Shown here in pieces: positions 39,688 through 50,825 of a DNA stretch of 64,000 nt. The stretch comes from Ignavibacteriota bacterium (GTDB lineage: Bacteria > Bacteroidota > Ignavibacteria > Palsa-1295), in assembly GCA_963787835.1 (NCBI GenBank), contig CAWBEI010000006.1, forward strand, positions 1-64,000, in the 5' to 3' direction. The notes under the pieces were generated by a model that was given only the letters and a program-made list of their open reading frames with translations, was not told where the DNA came from and searched no databases. The position numbers and the translations under genes are program-made. Numbering within the stretch: position 1 is the first letter of the stretch; every line of letters begins with the position of its first letter.

Positions 39688-40235
39688 TCGTAAGTCGATG
39701 ATCGGGTGGTTGCATCATTCAAAATAAATCTTACTTCGTTTGAGACTGCTGTTGATAATGCGTATTTTTTGGAAATGAATTGACGGGCACCCTATGATCA
39801 ATTAAAAATTAAGAACTAAAAATTAAGAATGGGGAAGGCTCGATAGTTCATTGACAATTAGACTGGGATTCACGGGAATATGATGAGATTTATTGGATAT
39901 ATCTCGCAGGGGTTCATGAAAAGTGACTTAAAGTAAAATATACCTCTTTAAATGAATATGTAAGAGAGATTTGATGGGCACCTATGTCTTCTGGAAATAT
40001 ACTCCGCGATTGAAATCTTGCTTTGTAAGAACCATTGATTTGTATTTCGGGGTTACAATTTGTTGTCCCATTATTGGACATTGGGATAATTTATGTCCTA
40101 TTTTGGGAAAGAAGTATATTCTTTCGTGAATTTTTAAATGGAAATGGAATTATATTACGCGCTTAACCTTTAAGTGTGTTCCAAATATTGCGATTTGGTT
40201 ACAATTAGGTTAATGGTTTTGCGAAGCGTATTGCG

Positions 40236-42047
40236 ATGAGCAGTTCAACACTTTTGAGTGGTATCCCACCAGAATCCGGTTCCCATGCTAAGGAGCCGGA
40301 ATACGATGCGAATACCTATCGAAATGGCCAAGGAGACCAGCACAGGAACGGGTCAACCGCTCAGGTATCAACGGCTCAGGTAATTGTTGAAACCTCTCCT
40401 GGAAAGGATATCACATCGAAAGATAGCGCATCGGTTGAACTGCAAACACAGCTTCAAGATAGCCGTCTTTTTTCAAAACTCTTCGATGAGTTAGGGGAAG
40501 CGGTTCTCATCTCGGATGAAACCGGGCGAATCATTCGTGCCAATCAATCGGCGTCGAGAATCTTACGAATGCCGGTCGAACAATTGAAGGGGTTGATGCA
40601 TCAGGACCCTGTTTGGCAGGCGGTGCTGGAAGATGGAAGTCCCGTACCGACGAGCGAACTGCCGGCCAACAAAACGCTTCGTACCGGTCAGGCTATCTCG
40701 CATCTCGAAGTCGGGATCGTTCGTACCGATGGAACTCTGGTTTGGGTCTTGCAGAGTTCGGCTCCTATTTATGATGAGTATGGGCAGATGACCGGTGTCA
40801 TCGTAACATTTCCGGATATTTCTCTTGCCGTTAAACAGCGTCAGGAACTCCGGGATCTTAATTTGAAATACCAAAAGGAACGTGACCGCGCGAATGCCGC
40901 AAATCGTTTGAAGTCCACGTTCCTTGCCAACATGTCCCACGAGATCCGCTCTCCGATGACAGCCATTCTTGGCTTTTCGGAAGTATTGATGGGGGAATTA
41001 AAAGGTCAGATCGCGGAACATCATACGGCGTTTCTGCACTCGATCATTGTATCCGGCCACCGGTTGTTGGCACTGCTGAACGACATTCTCGATCTTTCGA
41101 AGATCGAAGCCGGTTACATCGATATTAAGAAGTCCGAGATCGACCTTAGTGAAGAAGTCGAGACCTGGGTTTCGCCGCTGATCATGGGAGCAAATAAGAA
41201 ATCCCTTACGATGCATCTTAAACTGCACCCGGAAAAGCTTATCATTCATGCGGATCAGCAGCGATTTGGGCAGATCATGACGAATATCGTGAGCAATGCA
41301 ATAAAGTTCACGCCCAGTGGCTCTATCACGATCCGAACGTTTGTCAGACCCGGAAAAGGTACTGTTAATTATGCTGTGGTAGAAGTAGAGGATACCGGCA
41401 TCGGAATTCCCGAAGAATTCCTGCCAAATCTTTTCGAGGAGTTTCGGCGTGGGTCTGAAAAAGAATATGAAGGAACCGGGCTTGGCCTTGCGATCTCCAA
41501 ACGCCTTGTTACAAGGATGGGTGGCACGATCGAAGTACACTCTCGAAAAGGCCGAGGATCTGTTTTTACAGTATTGTTCCCATTAGTTGCGGTTGGTCGT
41601 GATCCCATTATTATCTCAAAGGCCGAGGAAGAGATCATAGACACTTCTGAGCCGGAAACCCCACCGATCAAAGATGCCCTTCCCATACTTGTTGTTGAAG
41701 ATAATTTAGAAACGCAGCGTCTGATCGCCGCGTATCTTCGCGATCACTACCGGCTTGTTAATGCTCAGAATGCCGATGCCGCTCTTGAAGCGATTGCCAA
41801 AGAAGTTCCGGCGCTGATCCTGATGGACATCAATCTTCCAGGCAGAGATGGGCTTTCGATCGTGAGAGAGATCCGCTCTGGTGAACGATGCCCCAATGTA
41901 CCGATCATCGCACTAACAGCATTTGCAATGGCTGGGGATCGGCAGAAATTCATCGATGCTGGTTGCACCGATTATCTTTCTAAACCAGCGACTCGAAGGG
42001 AAGTATTAGAAGCGGTCAGCCGGTTACTTCAGCCCCAACAGGCCTAA
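40236..42047 (+). CDS. Hybrid sensor kinase PAS-HisKA-HATPase-REC
   Basis: SHEIRSPM, NAIKFT, DTGIGI, GTGLGL, C-terminal receiver VVEDN/LMDINLP/SKP. Confidence 0.95.
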   Translation: MSSSTLLSGIPPESGSHAKEPEYDANTYRNGQGDQHRNGSTAQVSTAQVIVETSPGKDITSKDSASVELQTQLQDSRLFSKLFDELGEAVLISDETGRIIRANQSASRILRMPVEQLKGLMHQDPVWQAVLEDGSPVPTSELPANKTLRTGQAISHLEVGIVRTDGTLVWVLQSSAPIYDEYGQMTGVIVTFPDISLAVKQRQELRDLNLKYQKERDRANAANRLKSTFLANMSHEIRSPMTAILGFSEVLMGELKGQIAEHHTAFLHSIIVSGHRLLALLNDILDLSKIEAGYIDIKKSEIDLSEEVETWVSPLIMGANKKSLTMHLKLHPEKLIIHADQQRFGQIMTNIVSNAIKFTPSGSITIRTFVRPGKGTVNYAVVEVEDTGIGIPEEFLPNLFEEFRRGSEKEYEGTGLGLAISKRLVTRMGGTIEVHSRKGRGSVFTVLFPLVAVGRDPIIISKAEEEIIDTSEPETPPIKDALPILVVEDNLETQRLIAAYLRDHYRLVNAQNADAALEAIAKEVPALILMDINLPGRDGLSIVREIRSGERCPNVPIIALTAFAMAGDRQKFIDAGCTDYLSKPATRREVLEAVSRLLQPQQA

Positions 42048-42056
42048 ATATAGAAT

Positions 42057-43442
42057 TTAAGAGTTTCCTTTAGCCATCTTCTCAATATTGAGAACTTCGT
42101 CAAGTTTGGCCTCCCCCATTATGCCTTGCTCGAGAATAATGGATCGAATTGATCTGCGAGTTTTTAGCGATTCTTTAGCGATCGCAGCGGCTTTGAGATA
42201 ACCGATTTCCGGCGCAAGCGCTGTTACAAGGCTGCCACTGGATTCGGCGTAGTGACGCATTCTTTCTCGATCTGCAATAATTCCATCGATACACTTTTGT
42301 GCCATGACTTCCAGCGCGTTGGAAAATATCTCGATCGAGAATGCAATATTGAACTGAACGACCGGCATCATCACGTTAAGCTCAAGCTGTCCACCTTGCG
42401 AAGCATACGAGACGGTTGTTTCATTTCCGACAACCTGCATCGCTACTTGGGAGACCATCTCGAGAATAGATGGATTCACTTTGCCGGGCATAATACTGGA
42501 ACCGGGTTGAACGGATGGAAGTGTAATTTCGGCAAGTCCGGTCATCGGACCTGAACACATAAGACGCAAATCACCTGATATTTTAATAACGTCGAGCGCG
42601 AGATTTTTCAGTCCAGACATCAAATGCACAAAGGGAGCAAGCGATTGCATCGCTTCAAAGAGATCCACGCTTGGTTTGACATCCAGATCGGTAAGCCTGC
42701 GCAATTCTTCGATGACAAATTCGCGATAGCCTGTTGGCGTATTTAGGCCGGATCCAGCGGCACTACCACCGATTCCGAGAAACGAGATGTCATGTTCAGC
42801 GCCTTTGAGCCGGTTAGCATGACGAATCATCATTCCAGCCCATGCACCAAACTCCTGCCCAAGTGTGATCGGAACGGCATCTTGCAGGTGCGTACGTCCC
42901 GATTTTACAGCATCATCAAACTCTATTGCTTTTGCGATAAACGATTGCTTGAGTGTTTCGATGGCAGGGAAGAGACGTTCTTTTAGCAACAGCAATGTTG
43001 AGAGCCGCATCGCTGTTGGGTAGGTGTCATTCGTCGATTGCGACATGTTCACATGATCGTTCGGGGATATCTTCTCGAACTCACCGCGATGTGAGCCGCT
43101 TTTTTCCAAAGCACGATTCGCAATGACCTCGTTAACATTCATATTGGTGCTGGTGCCGGCGCCAGCCTGAAAAACATCAACGACAAAATGGTCTCGCAAT
43201 CCGCCGGAGATGATCTCATCGCAAACTTCCTGAATTTGCTTCGAAATATTAGAGTCTAGTACGCCTGCTCGCTCGTTAGCGAGAGCACAGGCTTTCTTTA
43301 GCAATGCATAGGCCCGGATGAACGTTGGGTGAGCACGAAGTCCGGAGATAGGATAGTTTTGAACTGCTCGTAAGGTCTGAATACCATAATAGGCTTCATC
43401 GGGGAGTTCAAGCGTGCCGAGAGAGTCTTTTTCTTGTCGCAT
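42057..43442 (-). CDS. aspA: Aspartate ammonia-lyase (fumarase/aspartase family)
   Basis: YYGIQTLRA, QAGAGTSTNMN, SQSTND, GRTHLQDA, GSSIMPGKVNP. A class II fumarase is not excluded. Confidence 0.8.
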   Translation of the reverse strand: MRQEKDSLGTLELPDEAYYGIQTLRAVQNYPISGLRAHPTFIRAYALLKKACALANERAGVLDSNISKQIQEVCDEIISGGLRDHFVVDVFQAGAGTSTNMNVNEVIANRALEKSGSHRGEFEKISPNDHVNMSQSTNDTYPTAMRLSTLLLLKERLFPAIETLKQSFIAKAIEFDDAVKSGRTHLQDAVPITLGQEFGAWAGMMIRHANRLKGAEHDISFLGIGGSAAGSGLNTPTGYREFVIEELRRLTDLDVKPSVDLFEAMQSLAPFVHLMSGLKNLALDVIKISGDLRLMCSGPMTGLAEITLPSVQPGSSIMPGKVNPSILEMVSQVAMQVVGNETTVSYASQGGQLELNVMMPVVQFNIAFSIEIFSNALEVMAQKCIDGIIADRERMRHYAESSGSLVTALAPEIGYLKAAAIAKESLKTRRSIRSIILEQGIMGEAKLDEVLNIEKMAKGNS

Positions 43443-43539
43443 TATTAGTAAAATGATGTATGAAGTATCATGTTAACAAAATCAGCTTTCGAACCGTCCC
43501 TTCCGCGGCACTGTTCTTTGCTTTTCAAACGAATTCAGA

Positions 43540-44715
43540 ATGATAGATATTCCTATTGACTCCCTTAACTTCGCTCTTAGCGAAGACCAACTTTCGATTC
43601 GCGATGTTGCTCGCGATTTTGCTGAAACTGAGCTAAAGCCTCATCGCCTCGAGTGGGATGAATCGCAGCAATTTCCATTCGAAGCTCTACAGAAAATGGG
43701 AAGACTCGGATTTCTTGGAACACTGATTCCTGTTGAGTTCGATGGCGCTGGGTTAGGGGCAACTGAAAACGCGATCATTATCGAGGAGATAGCGAGGGTC
43801 GATCCTGCTGTGGCTCTTTCTGTTGCCGCCCACAACGGGCTTTGCACCAGTCATATATTTCGGTTCGGTTCGGATGAGCTAAAGTCAAAGTATGTACCTG
43901 CTCTGGCACGCGGTGAAGTGCTCGGCGCATGGGGATTGACCGAACCATCCGCAGGTTCAGATGCTGGTGGCACACGAACGACTGCTCGGAAAGAAGGTGA
44001 TGACTATATCATCAATGGCTCCAAGAATTTCATTACTCATGGCACCGTTGGCGATACAACCGTAATTATGGCGGTCACGGATGCCGCACAAGGGACCAGA
44101 GGTATCTCAGCGTTCGTATTAGATAAGTCTATGCCAGGTTTTCGTGCTTCGAAAAAGGAGAATAAGACCGGCATGCGCTGTTCTGATACATCGAGCCTCA
44201 TGATGGAAAATGTGCGAGTTCCAAAAGAGAATCTCATTGGTGAAGAAGGGGAAGGTTTTGTGCAAGCCTTGAAGATATTAGATGGCGGACGTATTTCTAT
44301 TGCCGCACTTGCCGTGGGAACGGCGCAAGGAGCATTTGAAGCTGCCATCCAATATGCACAGGTAAGAGAGCAATTTGGCAAAGCGATCAGCCAACAGCAA
44401 TCGACTCAATTCAAGCTTGCTCAAATGGCAATGAAGATAGATGCTGCGCGATTGCTTACGATGAAGGCGGCATGGTTGCGCGACAACGGTCAGCCATTTT
44501 CCAAAGCAGCAAGCATTGCAAAATTATTTGCGAGCGAGACTTCCGTCCAGGTTTCTGAAGAAGCGGTCCAGATACATGGTGGATATGGATATATCAAGGA
44601 ATATCCAGTCGAGAAATTCTGGCGTGACTCCAAGTTGCTTACTATTGGAGAAGGTACGAGTGAAGTGCAACGAATGGTGATCGCTCGAAATGCGATCGAA
44701 GAGTACCGCTCCTAG
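43540..44715 (+). CDS. Acyl-CoA dehydrogenase
   Basis: [46 protein letters not shown]. Confidence 0.96.
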   Translation: MIDIPIDSLNFALSEDQLSIRDVARDFAETELKPHRLEWDESQQFPFEALQKMGRLGFLGTLIPVEFDGAGLGATENAIIIEEIARVDPAVALSVAAHNGLCTSHIFRFGSDELKSKYVPALARGEVLGAWGLTEPSAGSDAGGTRTTARKEGDDYIINGSKNFITHGTVGDTTVIMAVTDAAQGTRGISAFVLDKSMPGFRASKKENKTGMRCSDTSSLMMENVRVPKENLIGEEGEGFVQALKILDGGRISIAALAVGTAQGAFEAAIQYAQVREQFGKAISQQQSTQFKLAQMAMKIDAARLLTMKAAWLRDNGQPFSKAASIAKLFASETSVQVSEEAVQIHGGYGYIKEYPVEKFWRDSKLLTIGEGTSEVQRMVIARNAIEEYRS

Positions 44716-44728
44716 AATTATACATACC

Positions 44729-45766
44729 TCATCCCAAATTGGGCGACTCTGAAGCATTCAAGATTCTCTCACATAATTCATCGAACGAGATGCCGGCAGC
44801 TTTGGCGGCATCCGGAAGAAGGCTGAGTTCAGTCATACCGGGGAGGGTATTGATCTCTAAGCAAAAATATTTTCCATCGGGTCTGAGCCGGAAATCAACT
44901 CTTGCATAACCCCGGCAGCGACATGCTTGAAATGCGCGGAGTGCGTCCGCCTGAATTCCATCCGTAATGTCAGATGGAAGAGTGGCTGGACAAATATGGA
45001 ATGACATTCCCTGAGTGTATTTGTGATGATAATCGTAAAATCCACCCTTTGTTGTTATCTCGACGATTGGCAGAGCCTCATTTGCAAGAATTCCAACGGT
45101 CAATTCTCGTCCTTCGATAAATTCTTCTATTAGTGCTTTTGAACTGTAATCTAACGCAAGTTCAATAGCTTTCATGAATTCATCTTCCGAGTCCTCCTTC
45201 AATATTGTTAAACCGACAGTGGAACCTTGATCGTTCGGTTTAATGACCATCGGGATTCCAAGCTCTGCCTTAGCTAACTCCCATGCGGCATGACGCTCCT
45301 GTGGATGAGAACCTTTTGCGACGATCATTCCCTTCGGAACATCAACTCCAGCATTATTGAGTATGATCTTCGTGAAATGTTTATCGATACACAGTGCACT
45401 TGCACGGGAGTCCGAACCAGTATATCGTTTACCGAGAAGCTCAAGTACCGATTGCACCAGTCCATCCTCACCGGGCACACCATGAAGCCCCAGCACAACC
45501 ACATCGGCATCCCGGACCGTACTTGTCATCAGGCTTTCCAGCATCATTGTACCTTGTGTAAGCGTGCCAAGTGCTTCAGCTGATGGTGGCTCGACGCTGG
45601 CGGAATTCACCTGAAACTCATCGAGTCGCGATACGAGGCCCGTAGCTGGGTCGAGCAGTGTGACCTCATGGCCACGGTTTGCAAATGCCTTTGCCATGCC
45701 GAAACCTGACAAAAGCGAGATCTCGCGTTCCGCACTCGGCCCGCCCAATAAAACACAAAGTTTCAT
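44729..45766 (-). CDS. ddl: D-alanine--D-alanine ligase
   Basis: GGPSAEREISL, LHGVPGEDG, GSTVG, FYDYHHKY, LEINTLPGMT. Confidence 0.96.
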   Translation of the reverse strand: MKLCVLLGGPSAEREISLLSGFGMAKAFANRGHEVTLLDPATGLVSRLDEFQVNSASVEPPSAEALGTLTQGTMMLESLMTSTVRDADVVVLGLHGVPGEDGLVQSVLELLGKRYTGSDSRASALCIDKHFTKIILNNAGVDVPKGMIVAKGSHPQERHAAWELAKAELGIPMVIKPNDQGSTVGLTILKEDSEDEFMKAIELALDYSSKALIEEFIEGRELTVGILANEALPIVEITTKGGFYDYHHKYTQGMSFHICPATLPSDITDGIQADALRAFQACRCRGYARVDFRLRPDGKYFCLEINTLPGMTELSLLPDAAKAAGISFDELCERILNASESPNLG

Positions 45767-48375
45767 ACTGCTACGATATTAACCAATTTATCCTGTACCA
45801 CAATTATTTTTCGGATCTCTTTACCATCGATATACTTCATCACATTCGGGCTGGCGCGAGCAAACCGGTCGAGTTCATCATTCGAAAGGCCGCGTGGAAC
45901 CTCAAGCTTATCGCGAAGTTTTCCATTGACCTGTAAAATAAGTGTTATTGATTCTTCGATAGTTTTTGCTTCATCGTACTCCGGCCACCGTGAATAAAAT
46001 ATCGTTCCATTATTCCTGATACGTTGCCACAATTCTTCGGCAATATGTGGCGCAAACGGGGAAACTAATTGAACAAGTATTTCGAAGGTACTGCGTGGTA
46101 TTCGCCGTTCTTGTTCGATCGCATTCAGTAATATCATTAATGAGCTGACAGCGGTATTCAGGCGAAGCTTTTCGATGTCTTCAGAAACCTTCTTTATTGT
46201 CCGATGAAGGATCCGATCGAGTTCAGAAGTGAGGGCATTCTCCGTAAGTCTGGAAAGATCGGTTACGTTATCCTCGTTTACGATGATGCGCCAAATGCGA
46301 TTTAGAAAACGATGCACTCCCATAATACCCTTCGAATCCCATGGTTTCATGGCTTCGAATGGCCCGAGGAACATATAATAGGTACGCAGGCTGTCTGCCC
46401 CATACTTGGAAAGAAATTCCTCAGGGTTTACAACATTCCCGACCGACTTCGACATTTTTCCGCCGGACTCACCGAGAATGATCCCTTGATGAACCATTCT
46501 TGTGAAAGGTTCTGGTGTGGAAACAATCTCTTGATCGAAGAGAAACTTATGCCAAAATCTGGAATAAAGTAAATGGGTGACAGCGTGCTCAGCCCCGCCG
46601 ATGTATAGATCGACCGGCATCCAATACTGCTCGGCTTCTCTCGATACTAATTCTCGATCGTTCGTTGGGTCGAGATATCGAAGATAATACCATGATGAGC
46701 CAGCCCATTGAGGCATGGTATTAGTCTCACGACGGGCAGGATGCCCGGTTTCAGGGTCTGTGGTATTCACCCATTCAGAAATTGTTGCAAGCGGGGATTC
46801 TCCTGTGCCCGATGGCTGGTAGCTTTCAACTTCCGGCAGAAGAACCGGCAAGTTAGATTCACTCAATGCTTTTGGATACTCGCCTTCTCCTTCGTCGACA
46901 TAAATAATAGGAAACGGCTCACCCCAATACCGCTGCCGTGAAAACAACCAGTCTCGTAATTTATATTTGATCGATCGAGAACCATTGCCATGTTCAACAA
47001 GCCATTCGATCATTCTCTCTTTGGCTTGAGACGTGTTACACCCATCGATAAACCCTGAATTTACTGCGATGCCGTCATCGGTAAATGCTCTCAAAAGTGG
47101 TTCTTCCGAAGCTACATGCTCCGATTGAACCACCCTCGTGATGGGTAGTCCAAAGGCCTGCGCAAATTCGAAATCCCGTTCGTCATGACCCGGAACGGCC
47201 ATAATGGCGCCAGTTCCGTAGGACATAAGAACGTAGTCGGCTACCCAAATCGCTATATTTTCATTCGTAGCTGGGTTGACAGCATATGCACCGGTGAAAA
47301 CACCTGTCTTATTTCTGGCCATATCTACGCGCTCAAGATCGCTCTTTCTGCGCACTTCATCCAGATAGACCCCTACTGCTCCGACATGCTCATGTGTCGT
47401 AATTTTCGCGACAAGAGGATGTTCCGGAGCAAGAACCAAATATGTTGCACCGAAGAGCGTGTCGGGGCGTGTGGTAAAAACTCGAATAGGTTCAGGAACT
47501 CCTTCAATATTAAAATCGATCTCAGCGCCTTCGCTTCGTCCGATCCAGTTCCGTTGCATCTCGATGGTGCTTTGGGGCCAATCCAGTGTATCCAGTTCTT
47601 GCAATAGCCGGTCAGCATAAGCGGTGATACGCAACATCCACTGCCGCATATTGCGCCGAACTACGGTAAACCCTTTCTCTTCCTGCTCTGGAACTTCCTC
47701 GTTTGCCAACACTGTACCAAGTTCTGGGCACCAATTTACGGGTGCATCGGAAATATATGCCAACCGGTAATATGCAAGAAAATCTGACTTTTCCTTATTC
47801 GAGGCTTTGTTCCATTCATCAGATGTAAAGTGGCGTTGCCTTTTTCCAGCGGACGAAGCAGGAATATCGTCTGATCCTTTCGACTCGATGTGTCTGATAA
47901 GCTCCTCTATTGGTCGTGCTTTTCCTTCCTCGATGTTGTAATATGAGTTGAAAAACTTGAGAAAGATCCATTGTGTCCATTTAAAGTAATTGGGGTCGGT
48001 GGTATTAACCTCCCGGCTCCAGTCATAAGCCAGCCCAAGTGATTCAAGTTGTTGGCGAAAGGCTGCAATATTTTGCCCAGTTGTGATCCGTGGATGGAGC
48101 TTGTTCTTAACAGCAAATTGCTCGGCGGGAAGTCCAAAGGCATCCCATCCTGTAGGGTGCAACACATTAAACCCTTGCATCCGCTTCATCCTCATTACAA
48201 TGTCAGCAGCCGCGTAATGTACATGCCCCATGTGCAGGCCGGCCCCCGAGGGATATGCGAACATATCCATAACATAATATTTGGGTTTATCGGGGTCGAG
48301 GTGGACACGAAAGGTCTCATGGCTGCGCCAATAGTCCTGCCATTTTTGCTCTATCTCCGAAAAAGGGTATGCCAC
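45763..48375 (-). CDS. leuS: Leucine--tRNA ligase
   Basis: HMGH, GWDAFGLPAE, FTTRPDT, SRQRYWGEP, GGAEHA, KMSKS, QVNGKLR. Confidence 0.98.
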   Translation of the reverse strand: MAYPFSEIEQKWQDYWRSHETFRVHLDPDKPKYYVMDMFAYPSGAGLHMGHVHYAAADIVMRMKRMQGFNVLHPTGWDAFGLPAEQFAVKNKLHPRITTGQNIAAFRQQLESLGLAYDWSREVNTTDPNYFKWTQWIFLKFFNSYYNIEEGKARPIEELIRHIESKGSDDIPASSAGKRQRHFTSDEWNKASNKEKSDFLAYYRLAYISDAPVNWCPELGTVLANEEVPEQEEKGFTVVRRNMRQWMLRITAYADRLLQELDTLDWPQSTIEMQRNWIGRSEGAEIDFNIEGVPEPIRVFTTRPDTLFGATYLVLAPEHPLVAKITTHEHVGAVGVYLDEVRRKSDLERVDMARNKTGVFTGAYAVNPATNENIAIWVADYVLMSYGTGAIMAVPGHDERDFEFAQAFGLPITRVVQSEHVASEEPLLRAFTDDGIAVNSGFIDGCNTSQAKERMIEWLVEHGNGSRSIKYKLRDWLFSRQRYWGEPFPIIYVDEGEGEYPKALSESNLPVLLPEVESYQPSGTGESPLATISEWVNTTDPETGHPARRETNTMPQWAGSSWYYLRYLDPTNDRELVSREAEQYWMPVDLYIGGAEHAVTHLLYSRFWHKFLFDQEIVSTPEPFTRMVHQGIILGESGGKMSKSVGNVVNPEEFLSKYGADSLRTYYMFLGPFEAMKPWDSKGIMGVHRFLNRIWRIIVNEDNVTDLSRLTENALTSELDRILHRTIKKVSEDIEKLRLNTAVSSLMILLNAIEQERRIPRSTFEILVQLVSPFAPHIAEELWQRIRNNGTIFYSRWPEYDEAKTIEESITLILQVNGKLRDKLEVPRGLSNDELDRFARASPNVMKYIDGKEIRKIIVVQDKLVNIVAV

Positions 48376-48441
48376 TTGAAAAAAGTATGAATTATTTGCT
48401 ACGAAGAATGATTAAAATGCTAACTTCGTTTTTATGTAGCA

Positions 48442-49911
48442 ATGAGAACACAGAGAATCGTTTGGGGTTTCGCAACTTTCATTATTTTATGCCCGTCGCT
48501 TGCTGTTGCCCAGGGTATGCCGGTCGATAGTATTCTTTCAAGGATAGACAGCGAACTTCACTCGACAACGCTTGCTCGGCAGCTCCAAACATTGATACCC
48601 GGCTATGAAGATGCTCGAGTCTGGGGACTTGCGATAGGAGATTTTACCAATGACACCTTACCAGACCTTGCGATCTCGATCTACGACCATAGTAAGAAAG
48701 GTAGCACGGTTCGAGTTTATTTTTTCGAGAATCATAACGGAAATAAACTTCTCGACCGGTTTGAACAAGAAATTCCATTTGTCGAGTCACCGATCGAGGT
48801 GGGGCTGACGGTGGAAGGGTCCGTTGTCACGATCACTCGGAGAACTGGCTCAGAGCATTGGGAACAAGAAGGTTACTCAATTGAGTGGGGAGACGTAACC
48901 TTGATCGATCGCTTTGAAACCAATGAATCGAACGTTGCTGGTTCCAGTACTTCAAAAACACATGCGCTTGGCCATCAAGTCTATCGCAACTATGAGACAC
49001 TTCGCTCTAAGGAGTCCTATTTTACGGAATCATCAGGGGATCCACTAATGGCAGAGTCATTTGTCACCCTCCCTGCTTATGGCCGTTCCCGCGAGATCTA
49101 TCCCGGATATGGTCATCTTTTTTCAGATTCTACGACCGATCTTGTTGTTTCGGGTGGAGGGCTGCGGCGTGATGCAAGTGATCTGTCAATCCGATCATTA
49201 CAAGCAGCTTATAGTGATGAGTATCTCTACATTGCAATTCGTGTTCGTGATGATTATGTCGTAGGTGGAGAGCCAAAGGACGATGCTAATGATCGTGTAT
49301 CGTTTTGGTTCGACACGAAGTACACCGGTGATCGGCTCAACCGAGATAGAAGGTTGCTTTCGCTGTCTGGTGGATTTCCAACGTTTCGAACCTCGATCGA
49401 TTCACTCGTCTCGAATATTACCTTTGCTTTGCCGGCTCATCCTGGTAAGGTGACACAAATCTCGTACAGCACATTAAACCCTTTGGATGCAAATCAGCAA
49501 GATGGACTGAGCCGGGTGATGGGCTTGATGGCGTATGATACTGAAAGGGGAGTAGTAAGCGGATATCGCCTGACCGTCCGGATCCCGTTCTCATTTCTTG
49601 GATTTGAGACCAATCCCGAACATGCCTATGAAACTCCGATACCTGCTACAGCATCGGAGGACACAACCGTGCTCACTTCAGCCGCAGATATTTCAAACGC
49701 TGCAACGCTTGGATTTACCGCCCTCGTCTATGATATTGACGACCCAGCTCATCCAGATGAGGTAACTATTCAAGGAACGAGCAAATATGAAGCTGGCAAT
49801 CCGTCCAGCTTAGGAACCTTGGTGCTCGAACCCCAAGGCCAATACTATGGCGAGGTGCATCCGACCTATCTCGATAAGCTGAAGGCTGGTTTAACAAATG
49901 CTGGATATTAA
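48442..49911 (+). CDS. Exported hypothetical protein (FG-GAP-like motif plus CBM9/DOMON-like domain)
   Basis: Signal peptide, GDFTNDTLPDLAI, AAYSDEYLYIAIRVRDD...DRVSFWFD. Confidence 0.7.
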   Translation: MRTQRIVWGFATFIILCPSLAVAQGMPVDSILSRIDSELHSTTLARQLQTLIPGYEDARVWGLAIGDFTNDTLPDLAISIYDHSKKGSTVRVYFFENHNGNKLLDRFEQEIPFVESPIEVGLTVEGSVVTITRRTGSEHWEQEGYSIEWGDVTLIDRFETNESNVAGSSTSKTHALGHQVYRNYETLRSKESYFTESSGDPLMAESFVTLPAYGRSREIYPGYGHLFSDSTTDLVVSGGGLRRDASDLSIRSLQAAYSDEYLYIAIRVRDDYVVGGEPKDDANDRVSFWFDTKYTGDRLNRDRRLLSLSGGFPTFRTSIDSLVSNITFALPAHPGKVTQISYSTLNPLDANQQDGLSRVMGLMAYDTERGVVSGYRLTVRIPFSFLGFETNPEHAYETPIPATASEDTTVLTSAADISNAATLGFTALVYDIDDPAHPDEVTIQGTSKYEAGNPSSLGTLVLEPQGQYYGEVHPTYLDKLKAGLTNAGY

Positions 49912-50001
49912 GACTGCCAGAATGATAACAAAAGAGATACTTGAATGAATATAGACCTTCCTAACTCTACCAAGTCAAGCGATCATTTTAGCTTGAGTTA
50001 A

Positions 50002-50763
50002 ATGAGTTCTTTAATCTTAGTAATTTTAGTTGGCCTGTTCACGGGATTCGCTTCGGGTTTGCTTGGAATTGGGGGGAGTGCATTGGGAACTCCTTTGTTG
50101 CGACTTCTGATCGGCTTGCCGCCGCTTATCGCTTTAGCAACACCGATGCCTTTGATGCTTCCCTCAGCAATATCGGGAGGTATTGCATATGTTCGGGAGA
50201 AGAAAGTTGACTACAAACTTGCTGGTTGGATGCTCCTTGGTGCTGTCCCGATGACATGGATCGGGGCAACAGTGACTGCTTATCTATCCCCGGTAGTATT
50301 GATGGTGCTCACAGCGATCTTCCTGATATTAGTCGGAATTTCCTTTCTGATCAGAGGATTTATTCTAAGACCTGCGGAGCAACCTGTTGCAATAGAAGGT
50401 TATGTCAATAAGCCGAAAGCGATCATCTTTGGTGCCTTCGGAGGATTTCTCGCTGGCTTACTCGCTATTGGTGGGGGAGTGATCTACGTCCCTGTAATAG
50501 TGCGAATATTTGATCGCTCAATGAAGGTAGCTCTCGCTACATCGCTTGCCGTTGTTACCATTGTTGCCATCCCAGGCTCGATCAGGCACCAGATGCTGGG
50601 TCATATTGACTGGAAGATCGTTGGTTTACTTTCTCTTTCCGTCATCCCAGCATCATTCCTTGGTGCAAAATTAGCGCTCCGTCTACGGAATCAGACCCTC
50701 GAAAGGATCTTCGGAATTTGTACTATTGTGTTCGGTATCTATTTTCTGTTCACTCAGATTTAG
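50002..50763 (+). CDS. Sulfite exporter TauE/SafE family membrane protein
   Basis: Two GLLxIGG repeats, ALATSL, about eight TM helices. Confidence 0.9.
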   Translation: MSSLILVILVGLFTGFASGLLGIGGSALGTPLLRLLIGLPPLIALATPMPLMLPSAISGGIAYVREKKVDYKLAGWMLLGAVPMTWIGATVTAYLSPVVLMVLTAIFLILVGISFLIRGFILRPAEQPVAIEGYVNKPKAIIFGAFGGFLAGLLAIGGGVIYVPVIVRIFDRSMKVALATSLAVVTIVAIPGSIRHQMLGHIDWKIVGLLSLSVIPASFLGAKLALRLRNQTLERIFGICTIVFGIYFLFTQI

Positions 50764-50825
50764 TGAGTACCTCTGGGTTCGGAAGTGCTATTTTTCGACT
50801 ATTCGAACGTCGATCAGAACAAGCG

